Origin: Amoebophrya sp. A120
Taxonomy: Eukaryota; Protista; Dinoflagellata
Assembly: GCA_905178155.1 (NCBI GenBank)
Contig: CAJINV010000004.1
Location: 10,001,546 to 10,065,545 of the forward strand
DNA length: 64,000 bases
Direction of reading: 5' to 3'
The first letter of the stretch is position 1. The number at the start of each line of letters is the position of its first letter. Below, piece by piece: positions 12,001 to 24,000 of the stretch. The notes below the pieces were generated by a model that saw nothing but the letters and a program-made list of their open reading frames with translations, had not been told where the DNA came from and did no database searches. The translations under genes and the position numbers were made by a program.

Positions 12001-15000
12001 CCCCCTCCGCCAAAGAACAAACGTGATCCAACTCCGTCGAATATGAAAAGGACCGAGAAATCTCGCGACCGGGAACTACAACAAAGGGAGCTGCAGCGGG
12101 CGCGCGAGAGGTCCGAGGAACGCCGGAAAAACCGAAGTCGGTACACATTATCCCGTTCCCGCGGGCGCGGCGGGCGCGACAGCAGGTCGCGCGGCCGCCG
12201 CGACAGGAGCCGGGAAAGAGAAGCAAGGCGGAAGGAAGAAGAGAGACAACGGGAAAAGGAGCTGCAAAAAGAAAAATCCGCTGCGGTCACCGTCCTCACG
12301 ACTTCCTCCTCGGCTTTGCGCAAGGAAACTGGGAGCAGTATCGCCCTAGACGTCGAGCACCTCCTGCCCGCGGGGGCGTCTCAGCTCTCGCAGGGGCGCA
12401 GCGCCGTGGCTGCAGTCAAAGAGGACCTGATCCCCTCGAAGCAGCACCAACTGCGGTTCCTTTTCCACGAATTTTGGCAAAACTTCGCCGAGCAGCACGA
12501 CTTGCACAACGATATCATTTGTAAAAACGTCCCCACACCAGACGAGTTGTCATGCAGATTCGCAATGACAGGAACATTTGTAATGCGCATCTCCATGAGA
12601 GGCATTTCTAGTCGTGTTTTGGAATTTGTAATGCTCTAACCAGGATGAGCAGATGGATTTGTGATGCGTTTGTCATTGTCCCTGCTAACATGCACTATAC
12701 TGCGGACTGCAATTTGTGATGCGTGAGTCCCAAAACTTCTATGTTTGTGTTGCAAAATCCGTAGCCATTTTGGCTCAAGCGTGCGGGGGGGGCCAATGTG
12801 GTCCCCCCCACCCGCTGCGCCTATAAATTTAACACGCCAGGAAGTTTCTTTTTTTTTTCCAGCAGAGGCTGGCTGTGGGACGTGGGGCAACGCCGGGGGT
12901 TAGAAATGCAAATAGGATGGTAGTGCGTTCCTATACTTCTCTTGTTTCAAACATTTGTTATTTTTTTGGCCTTTCTTCACGCTTTCTCTTTGTCATTATC
13001 TTTGGATTAGTTTCGCGTCACTTCATTGCACAAGTATTAGAATTCATAATCATCATGGAGAATGGCGCGCGGAGTCGGAAACATTGAAAACGACACCGAG
13101 CTCGACGGAGCCACACGATGGGCGGCGGGGGGCTGCAAGATCTGCGCGTGTCGTTGGTGCCACAGAATGAGGAAGACTAGGCCGCGGGGCATACGCACGC
13201 GGGGGAGGAGGGAGAAAACGGAGGCGAAACGAGAACAAGGGGTGCAGTACGAAAGTGGAGCGAGAATCAGCATGCTCGAGCAGGGGACAAGAGCGGAAAA
13301 GTAAGAAATCGGGAAAAAAAAATGCCGTATACCTGCGCAATTCCTTATATGTGAATAACATGGAGGGTGGGCGGGGTTCTTCACATTTTTGGAAACGCCC
13401 ACCGCCCCGACTAGAATAACTGAATGATGAAAATTGGGGGCCGGGCAAAAAAAAATCCGCTTCTTGACTCTGGGGTGGGGACGTTTTTGCTCAGGATAAA
13501 CGACGGCGCGGACCCCAAGGTCACGGAGGAGGAGGAGTATGACACTGCACAACCTCCCGACGTTCCCTCATTTGTGTTGCACGAACAGCAACACAAGCAA
13601 CAGCAGAAAAGGGGCTTTTGCATGACAAATCTGCATGCGGATTGTAGTACTATTTGAGGTTTCAAAATTTGTCATGCTAGCAGCCCTTACGAGCAAGGCG
13701 TGAGTTTGGTATTTTGCATGACAAATGAGGTGGTGGGGAAGTTGTGCACTGTGATAAGGAAAGACGGCAGGACAAGCGGGACGAGTTTTTGCCGACGAGC
13801 AGGAGGCAGATCACGATTCTGAAGGGCAGGTCGCGCGACCCCCGGGCGCGGCAATTATTGCGGAAGGAAACCCACTATGAACTGCAAAAGTATCGTACTA
13901 GTAGTAATTTTTGCAATACAAATTAGCTCTGCATGACAAATGGAATTTGTCATGCTGTTTTGCCTTGGGATGGAGATTTGTAATGCATTTGCATAACTGC
14001 AATTACTACGAGTGCGATGCTTTTGCACTGCATACCCACCCATACGTGTCGTGGTCGAAGGAGTCCTGGTTGCACCTATCAACTGCAAAAGTGTCTGGGT
14101 CTGGAAGGATGCGAGCTTGTGATGCGCATTTCACAACGCAGTCAGATCTCTCATGCATAGGCAACAAAAGACGTCCATGTACTGTCACCAAAGTGGGGGC
14201 TTTGTCATGCGGATTAAGCAATGCGGAAGCTTCTCGAAATCTGTGATGCTAGGGCTTCCATGACAGACATTCTATGTCATGCAAAAATAGCATGACTCTT
14301 TCAGACACAGCAGACATTTTTGCATTTCATAGCACCACTCCGAGCACGACGATTTCAAAACCGCGGTGCGAGATGTGATGTCGCAGGTCTTTCTGTTCCA
14401 GGATATCAAGAAGCTATCCTGTGCAAAAGTATCGCACTCGTATTGCAATCATGCATTACAAATGTTTTCCTTAAGGTAAATCAGCATTACAAATTTTATT
14501 TCTCATGCTGAGGAAATTTGTAATGCATTTATACGAGTGCGATACTTTTCCAAGTCATAGAAGCGGAAGTCAAAAGAAATCACGATTTTGCAGGCGAACA
14601 GCGAAGACCTGGCGAAGGCGAGTTTGCAAAAAGAGAAAGCGAAAGAGAACGCGAATTGGGGCAAATTGCAGAAGGAGAAGTTGCAAGCTAGCGCTGCTGG
14701 CGGGCAGACGACCACCGGCGGCGGGGGTGGGAACAAGAAGAATAAAAAGCGGCTCAAGGAAGAGGCCGAAGCGCAAGCGCAGGCTGCTTTGGAGGCCGAG
14801 CGACTGCAAGATGAGCGCAACGAGTTTGTAGACAAGTGTATCCGGCTGAACAAGTACGAATTAGTGGTGGTTCGCGAGATCGCCGCGTCTGAATTCGGCT
14901 GTGCGGTAACGAGGTCGATCGCGAAGCCGGGCTACTACGAAATCCGAAACATTTTCCACTACCACCCACTGCCGATCGCGAGCCCCAGTACCAGCTTCAT

Positions 15001-18000
15001 CAAGGACAACAGCTATGCGGGGGGAGGGGGAAAAGAAAGATCATCCCTAAGGTAGTTCAAAAGGTAGTTCTTTATGTTGAGAAATCGCTGCTTCCGGTGG
15101 GGCTGTCGTCGCTAGGTGTTGGGCGCTTGCGCGCGTCGTGGCGGTGGTCCTCGAGCACCCGGCACTAAATCATATATTGCCCGGCTAGTCTTCTACAGCT
15201 GGCGATAAAAATGCCCGGTTATAATTGTTGTGATAATGACCACGTCTTCTCCTGTTCTGCAACAATAAAAATAAAAAATTGAAATTTCGCGGATTCGCGT
15301 TGCAAAATTGGACCACGTCTTCTGTCGTCATGGTCCAATAAAAATAAAATTTTAAAATTTCGCGGATTTGTGTTGCGAAATTAAAAGAGCTCAACGTGTG
15401 TCATGGGTCAATAAAAGTAAAATTTTGAAATTCCGCAGCTTCATGTTTCAAAATTGAAACACCTTCTCGGGTGTCGCGCTTCAATAAAAATAAAATTTTG
15501 AAATTCCGCTGATTCCTGTTCCAAAATTGAAGCACATGCTCAAACGTTTTGCTTCAATAAAAACAAAATTTTGAAATTTCGCGGATTCCGTTTGAAAAAA
15601 GGCGACTCCTCCTGTGTTTTCGCTTTCGTGGCTGTGCAAATAAAAATAAAACTTTCAAATTTCGCGGTCTTCTTCAGAACCAACCGACGAAATATCGTGG
15701 ACTGGTAGTCGGGATGATCATTCTTTCCCCCTTCCTCCCTTCCATATCCCTCTCGCGTCCAACAACCTAACGAAGGCGACGAAACGAGCACTAGGCGCAT
15801 CCATCTCCGAGTTCGCGAAGCGCTGCCACCCGTTTGCCCGGCTGATGGCGTTCGCAAGAGAAATACAGCGGTTGGAGCGGTTGGAGTACGCGAAAGCGAC
15901 TCAGAATAAGGACATGGAGCAGAGAAACACGCTGCCCGAGAACGACAAGAACACGCAGATAAAACTCGCGGACTACGACATGAAGTGCGCGGCGGTCGCG
16001 GTGAATGCGCGGGGACGAAAATGGCAGCAATACAGGACGGTGGAAAAGACGAAATTACCGATGATCGAGCAGTTATTCACGTACATCAACAAGGAGAAAT
16101 TTTCCGTCCCGTATTCCGCAACGGAGAGCAACTTTTTGGACAAAAACGTCGATGAAGAATTCACCGTCGACCCTGCTTATCCTGTGCAAAAGTATCGTAT
16201 TCGCAACATGTAGGGGTGTGAGGTGTGCGTGCGCGCGCGCGTGCGTTTTGCGTGTTTTTGCGCGCGCGCGCGCGTTTTGTGGCGCGTTTGCGCGTGCGCG
16301 CGCGCGCGCGGAGCTGCGTTTTTGCGCGCACGCGCGCACGCACGCACGCACATATCCCCAGTCTTTATCTCCTTCTCAATCGCACGCGCGCGCGCGCGCG
16401 CACGCACACCTTCCTGCTCACCTTCCTGCGCGCACGAGCGCGCGCGCGCGCGCGCGCACGCACACCTTCCTGCTCACCTTCCTGCGCGCACGAGCGCGCG
16501 CGCGCGCGCGCGCACGCACACCTTCCTGCTCACCTTCCTGCGCGCACGCGCGCGCGCGCGCACATCTTCCTGCTCACCTTCCTGCGCGCATGAGCGCGCG
16601 CGCGCGCGCGCGCGCACACGGGGAGGGGACGCGCGCGCGCGCGCGCGCTCCTGTGCGCCGCGCGCGCGCGCGCGCGCACACGGGGGTGTGGAGGAGGCGC
16701 GCGCGCGCGCGCGCACACGGGGAGGGGACGCGCGCGCGCGCGCGCGCACACCTTCCTGCGCGCACGCGCGCGCGCGCGCACGCACACCATCCTGCGCGCA
16801 CGCGCGCGCGCGCGCACGCACACCATCCTGCGCGCACGCGCGCGTGCGCGCACGGGGATGGGGATGTGACGCGCGTGAGCGGGCGCACGCACGCACGAAC
16901 GCAGGCGACAGAGCGTTCACAGTCGTTCTTGTCGCTTGGAAAAGGTATCTGTGCGTGAAGGCTACAAAGGTCCATGATATTAATTGGATCGCGGCGCGAA
17001 TCTGCGGTCGGATGCGGTACGGTGTCAGTCTTTTCTGTGCAGCAAGGGCGGGCCCATATGCGGCGCACCAAGAGCGGGCCCACCATGAGATAGTTGGACG
17101 CGCACAGCCCGATGCAGCACAGGTGGGCCCCAACTTGGCCTTCAACCTCTACCGGGAGCAGCGCGTCCTTGTTCGCGGTTCGCGGTTTATGTCTTGGCCC
17201 ATTTCATCAACCACCGGGGGCATCAACCCCACCAACCGAGGCACAGCAGCGGCTACCATTAGCCAGGCACAGAGCAGGCGAGGGGAGGGGCAGGCAGGCA
17301 GCCGCCGCTGTCCCGAGCCGCCGCTGGCTCGCGGGCCGGGCAATTTCATCAGCCACATCAGCCGGCCAGGCGCAGGGCACGCAGGCAAAGGGGCGGGCAG
17401 ACAAGGGCATGTCCACCTTAATCAGACAGCCAGCCAGCCCGCGACCCATGGACCCATTTGGACACCCTCGGACCGATGGGCCGCCGCTGACTCGTGAGAT
17501 CGCCGGGGAGCGTCGCTGACCGGAGGGCCGCCGCTGACAGACTCACAGCTGACTCGTGGGGCCGCCGCTGACCAATGAGGCCTCCGCTGGCGAAGGGGCC
17601 ACCGCCCAGCAAGGGGCCGCCGCTGACTAAGGGGCTGACAATGGGGCCGCGCCGCTGCCCCTGGTTCGGGGACTGCCCATAACAAAGGAGCCGCCACTGA
17701 CCAGAGGGCCGCCCCTGAGTGACCAGTGGCGCCGCCGCTGACTAAGGGGCCGCCGCTGACCACGGGGCCGGCGCTGACTAAGGGGCCACCATTGAGTAAG
17801 ATGCCACCGCCTACCAATGGGGCCGCCGCTGACTAAGGGGCCACCGCTGGCCAGAGCGCCGCCGCTGACTCCCGGGGGGGGCCGCCGCTGACCAGTGGCG
17901 CCGCCGCTGACTAAGGGGCCGCCGCTGACCACGGGGCCGGCGCTGACTAAGGGGCCACCATTGAGTAAGATGCCACCGCCTACCAATGGGGCCGCCGCTG

Positions 18001-21000
18001 ACTAAGGGGCCACCGCTGGCCAGAGCGCCGCCGCTGACTCCCGGGGGGGGCCGCCGCTGACCAGTGGCGCCGCCGCTGACTAAGGGGCCGCCGCTGACTG
18101 AGGGGCCGCCGGTGACTAAGATGCCGCCGCTTACCAATGGGGCCACCGCTGGCCAGAGCGCCGCCGCTGACCAGAGGGCCGCCCCTGACCAGTGGCGCCG
18201 CCGCGGACTATGGGGCCGCCTCTGACTAAGGGGCCGCCGCTGCCTAAGGGGCCGCCGATGACTAAGATGCCGCCGCTTACCAATGGGGCCGCCGCTGACT
18301 AAGGAGCCGCCGCTGGCCAGAGGGCCGCCGCTGACTAAGGGGCCGCCACTGACGGAGGGGCCGCCGCTGACCAATGGGGCCGCCGTTGATCAGTGGGGCC
18401 GCCGCTGACTAGAGGCCCGCCGCTGACTCCTGGGGCCGCCGGCGACTCCGGAGGCCGCCGCTGGCTCAACCAGCGCCAGGCACGTCCATTCACCAACCAG
18501 CGCCAGGCACGCTCCACGCCCGGGAGCCAGCCCCTACTACCCAACCCACACCCGCTCCGCCACGAGGCACCGGCGGCTGCCTGCCTACCCCCGGCGCCTG
18601 GCAGCTCGAGCAGATGCAGGCAGGCAGCCGCTTCTGACTCGTGCCGCCGCTGACGCCGCTGCCTCGTGACAGCCGCCGCAGACTCGACTCGTGCCGCCAC
18701 TGGGCCGAGCCGCCGCTGACTCGTTCCGCCGCTGGCTCGTGACGGCCCACCGCTGAGCCTTCAGCCGACGCAAACTCCTGCTTGCATCACTCCTGCTTGC
18801 ATCGGACGGTCCGAGGGTGGGTGGGGTGGTGGTGGGGTTGATGCCCCCGGTGGTTGATGAAATGGGCCAAGATCAACCTGCCACAGTAGAACAACCTGGC
18901 CACAGAAGCAAGCACGCACCCAAGCAACCGCGCAAGCGAAACGCGCTCCCAGGCAAGAGCGCGGGTAGGACATTGCGTCTGGAGGGCAACAGGAATAGAA
19001 AGAGCGTCCTTCAGGCGCAAGCCTGCCGTCGGGAGTAGCTTGGCAACGCTCGGCCTTTGGAGCCTTCACGCACAGATACCTTTTTCAACCACCAAGAGCG
19101 GTGGACTGCTCCGTCTCCTCCCCATCCACGTGCGTGCGCGCGCGCGTCTCCTCCTCATCCCCGTGTGCGCGCGGGAGCGCGCGCGCGCCTCCTCCGCATC
19201 CCCGTCTGCGCGCGGGAGCGCGCGCGCGCGCGTCCCCTCCACATCCCCGTGTGCGCGCGCGCGCCGCGCACAGGAGCGCGCGCGCGCGCGCCCCCCCCCC
19301 GTGTGCGCGCGCGCGCGCGCGCAGCGCACAGGAGCGCGCGCGGGAGCGCGCGCGCGCGCGCACCTCCTCCTGGTCCCCCTCCCCGCGCGCGCGCGCGCCC
19401 CCCACCATAGCGCGCGCGGGAGCGCGCGCGCGCGCGTCCCCTCCGCATCCCCGTGTGCGCGCGCGCGCGCGCGGCGCACAGGAGCGCGCGCGGGAGCGCA
19501 AGCGCGCGCGCGCCTCCTCTTGGTCCCCGTGTCCGCGCGCGCGCGCGCCGCGCACCGGAGCGCGCGCGGGAGCGCGCGCACACACATCTCACACACCTGG
19601 CTGAAAAGCGTGCGTGCGCGCGTGCGCGCAAAAACGCAGCTCCGCGCGCGCGCGCGCACGCGCAAACGCGCCACAAAACGCGCGCGCGCGCGCAAAAACA
19701 CGCAAAACGCACGCGCGCGCGCACGCACACCTCACAGCTTTACATGTCCCGTATTCGTATAAATGCAAGTCTTGCATTGCAAATCTTTGTCTTAAGGTAA
19801 ATCCGCATTACAAATTTTTATTTTATTTCTCATGCTGAGAAAATTTGTAATGCATTTATACGAGTACGATACTTTTGCAGTTCATACTGCTGTGGACGTC
19901 TTGGAGAAGTTGCTGTCTCCGATGGAATATGGATTGCAAAAGTGTCTGGGTCTGGAAGAATGCAAGATTTGTGATGCAGGTTTTCCAGGACCCATGAGGT
20001 CTGGAATGCAAGACCCAGCATGACAGATTCTTTGAGATCTCTATCATGCCTTTCCTGCATGAGAGACTCCCTCTCAACTTGGTCAAAAGCGGACAGCTTT
20101 TGGTACTCACGCAACACAGATTTTTGCATCATTCAGATTTAGCATCACAAGTTCCAACCCTTCCAGACCCAGACATTTTTACATTTGATATGGAAGGCGC
20201 AGTGGTGGTTGAGAAGGATGCTGGAATATCCTCTGTTGCAGCGGCGGGAGACAATCACAATTCCAATTCCGCTACCGCCGCGAAGAGTAAAACTAAAAAA
20301 CACGAGAAGATTGTCAAAACCACAGTTCGCAACTGTATCAACGCGTGGCTGAAGTCTCCCCACGTCGGCCCGGGCGCCCCGTTTCTCAGCAAGCGGACAA
20401 AGATCGGCCCGAGCGGGGTGAGTGTGGATAGTGCTAGTGGTAAATTACTTACAACCGCAAATCCGAGTTTGGTGAAGCACGCCTACAAACTGTTTCAGGA
20501 AGACCGGCTGAAGGCGTTGGCGATCCACGGGGTAGTATCTTATGGGACGGGAGCGGGGGGCGCGCGGGGGCTGGGAACTGCGCCCTCAATCGCGGGGGAG
20601 TGGATCAACGCAGAAGTGCTGTTCGCGATCGTACTAGAAAAAGAATATTGAAAGCAATTTGTTGAATATAATGCGCTCTTCATCACGTAGCAACGTCTGA
20701 ATTTGAATTCGCTGAGTATAATTACTTATGAAGATCGAGATTCCCGCTTTCATCATGCGACTGATGCCTGAAAAATTTTGTGTAGCAGAATTTTGTCAAA
20801 AAAAATATCACAGGTTGCCGTCTTCAACCACAACCTGCTGATCGCCCTGCTCCAGTACGACGTCCGTTCCGCCAAAGCCCGTCGTTGGGCGGACTGCATT
20901 GCGTCTCTGCGACGTTATTTCATGATTCGGATTGCGGCGGAGACGAATATGATTCAGTTCCGAGCGATGATTAACCACGAGGAGGTGCACTGGGCGAAGC

Positions 21001-24000
21001 AGCTGCAGAACTTCCTCCTCTGCCGCACGGGGACAAAGCACACCATGGAAGAGGTTTTCGCGGTCAGGTACGGCTGGCGCGTGCAAGACTTCTTCCAGCA
21101 GCTCAACCAGGGGAACAATGCAGCTGGTGCGACTGGAGCAGTAGAACAGGGCAAGAAGGACGACACGACTGGCACTAAGGCTCTTGCTGGGATGAAAATA
21201 GATCAGCAGCAGCTCGCAACAGTGGGCGCAGGAGGGGCTGCGGCCCCTACTAGTACTACTACTGCTAAAATGCTGAACATGAATTACTTCAGCTATGACG
21301 AGGTTCTCGCCCAGGGGCTGAAGACTTTGCTCGCGAAATTAATGACGGGGTTGAAACTCCTCGGGGACAACCCCTTGCAAAACTCCTTTCTCAACCGCGA
21401 AGCGGTGATCGCCTCCATGATTGTCAACACCGGGCCGCCCACGGCGCCGAATTCGGTGAAGAAGCTGAATGTTTTATCTTCTCCGGATTTGAAGTTTCCT
21501 GCGATAAAAACAGCCTCGAAGCAGGCCGCGATTTTGAACGTCAAAGGTGCGAATTTGATATCGAGCGCGTCCTCCGCGTCGAGCGAAGAGAAGAACCATA
21601 TCAAAGATGAAGAGTATGAAGAGGAAAACAAGCACTACACCGAGTGGCCCTTGAAGAGAAAATTTGAGCGGATGCACTGCCTCGTCTCCGCGATGCGGGA
21701 GTTGGGAAAGCAAATTCTTCGAATCTGCGTGCCGGTGAACATGCGGGACGAGTGGCTGCGCGAAGTTTCCTACCTTCGCTTCTCGCACGAGTACCACTTC
21801 TGCAACCGCATGGGCGCGCGGCAGGAGAGGGCGTTGTTCCAACACGGTGAGGGGGGCACGAACCGAACCAGCAGCGCGGTTCGCCACCCCGCTGGGTACT
21901 TGCAATACAGCAAGAACACGGCACAAATACCGGGGGCCGGACCCGCACATGTGGTGTCGTTTTCCGGTTCAGCGGCACAGGGTCAACAACAGCAGCAGCG
22001 GCCGGGGACCAAATTCGGGCCGCCGATGACAAGAACTGCGCAGATGGCGGCGGGCACCAGTACGAACTACAGCCAATTCAACGAGGTGAACAACGTGAAC
22101 GACTTATTGCACCAGAAGGAGGAAGAGGAAAAATTAGACGACGAATTCCAGCTAATTGCGTTCGACGAAGACCTGTACCAAGAAAGGCTCAAGGAGCGGA
22201 TGAACACCTTCCCGCACATCTATGATCCGGGGTACTGCAGTTCTATCGAGATCAACGGGAAGAAGCTCCGACTGGCTTCCTCCGCCGCGCACGGCTTAGC
22301 CGCGTCGCAGCTTGTTGGCGGTAGTAGTACCTTCGGAAATAAGGTACCCGCGGCGAGTCCGACGTTGGTGGAGGGGGATGGAAGTGGCAATACGTCCGAT
22401 GCGTTGGTGGATTTTATCTACCAGTAGGCAATACAAATTTCCCGTACATGTACAAGATGCAACACAAATTTCACCAATTTGGAGCGTAATAAAACTTGTC
22501 ATGCTATTAAACTAGGATCGAAGCAAAGTTTTGTCATGCGGAGACGGCATTTGTACGTGTACGGGAAATTTACTGTGGATAACCAGGCGTTGCACTACCA
22601 CGTCTCCTCCACCGGTGCTGGCAATGGGGCGGGGCTTCATGGAGGAAATGTAGGAGGAACTACATCAAGCTCTTCTATGTCCATGATGGGAAGCGAACAG
22701 ATTCTCCACCCAGAGCCAGTGGATTGCATTCTCGTCCGCGGGCCCGCGGGGTGTGGGAAGTCGACCCAGATCCCGCACGCGTTACTGGAGCGGATCCCGC
22801 CCGGACAGAAAATTCTCTGTCTGGTCCCCTACAAGGTCACCGCGATGTCGCTGGCGAACCGGGTTGCTTGGTACCGGGGACAGCGGGTCGGGAACTCCGT
22901 GGGCTACCACTGCGAAAACGAGCAAAACGTCTCGTTCGCGACGAATCTGATCTTTGTCACCCCGGAGATTTTGCTCCGCTATCTCCAGGCTGGTGCGATG
23001 TACGGGATGGACGATGAGGACGCGTTTGACAGCGGCCGTGGGACGAAGGTGTCCGCGAGTCTCTTGCCAGAGGTGAACTATGTCATCATCGACGAGTTGC
23101 AGATGTTCGGCGCGCAGGGCGTTTCGCTCTCCTACGAGCTTGCGGTTGTTGCCCTGCGGGAGGTTTGCCGGAGACGCAAGCTGGGCGCCGACGGCAAAGG
23201 ATCCTTCTCTATGACGGCAAACCCGCTGAAGATCATCGGTCTGTACTCCGACGGCGGGTCACAGTTCCCGGACCACGAGCGGATTGCGAATTTCTTGCAG
23301 TTCGCAAGGTTTGAGATGACGCGGCTGCTGCCGGCGGAGGTGCGGAAGATGGTGTTTTCCTTGCACCACAGCGTGCACAAGTTCGGCACGGAACAGGCAC
23401 GGAACTTCGAAACGGACGAGAACATGCAGAATGAGAAGAAAAACTACATCCCGACGTTGATCGTGGCGGTGCAACACCGGGTCGCGGCGAAGAAATTCAA
23501 GGCACTGAAGGACAACTTCTCGACTGCGGCCGATTTGCTCCTCGACAGTCAGTTGCCGAGCTTCATCGCACCGTCGGCCAAAACGGAGGACCGCGTGCAA
23601 CGGGTGGAGCAGTTCTTGGAGGACCCGAACGCGGATTTGAGCGCCAAATTGCTGTTCACATCGAAACACCTAGAGGGGTTGTCAAAGTCGCAACGGAAAA
23701 AGCTGACGCTCCGGATCAAGGACGCCCACGTCCCTCTACTCGAGCGCCGGGCGAAGATGCATGAGGCGATGGAGAAACTGAAGCAGCACGAAAAGGAATA
23801 CCCCGCGGAGAAGCTCGCGAACATGAAGAAGCAGAAACGGAAAACCCAGAATAGAACCCGGGAGAAACTGAGGCAGGAAGCGAAAAAGTTACGGGAAGCC
23901 TACGAAAACAGCCTGCCCACGTCGAAGAAGGAGCGGGAGGTACAACTTCATCATGCACAGGTAGTCGGAATAAATAAATCCACAAGCTGGATGAACATGA

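Larger units (their letters stand above)
12513..13498. mobile_element. Introner family C carrying a nested retro-insertion
   Basis: TSD AACGA/AACGA. Homologous to 28820-29109 and 53906-54188 but ~700 bp longer. Confidence 0.9.
16178..19886. mobile_element. Introner family A split by a nested foldback element
   Basis: TSD CTGCT/CTGCT; family A halves at 16178-16203 and 19750-19886. Confidence 0.9.

Noticed and set aside
12758-12830. SL RNA gene
   Set aside because: The SL is followed by CGTG rather than a GT donor directly after the AAG, and it is bracketed by poly(A) and a TSD, which fits a retroposed trans-spliced RNA.
15240-15670. CRISPR-like repeat/spacer array (also considered for 4767-5440)
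   Set aside because: Repeats are degenerate, linkers are related to one another, the context is eukaryotic and there are no cas genes.
16152-19838. Long ARARAR/RARA ORFs on both strands
   Set aside because: Translations of (CG)n and minisatellite DNA in the nested foldback element; no transposase motifs.
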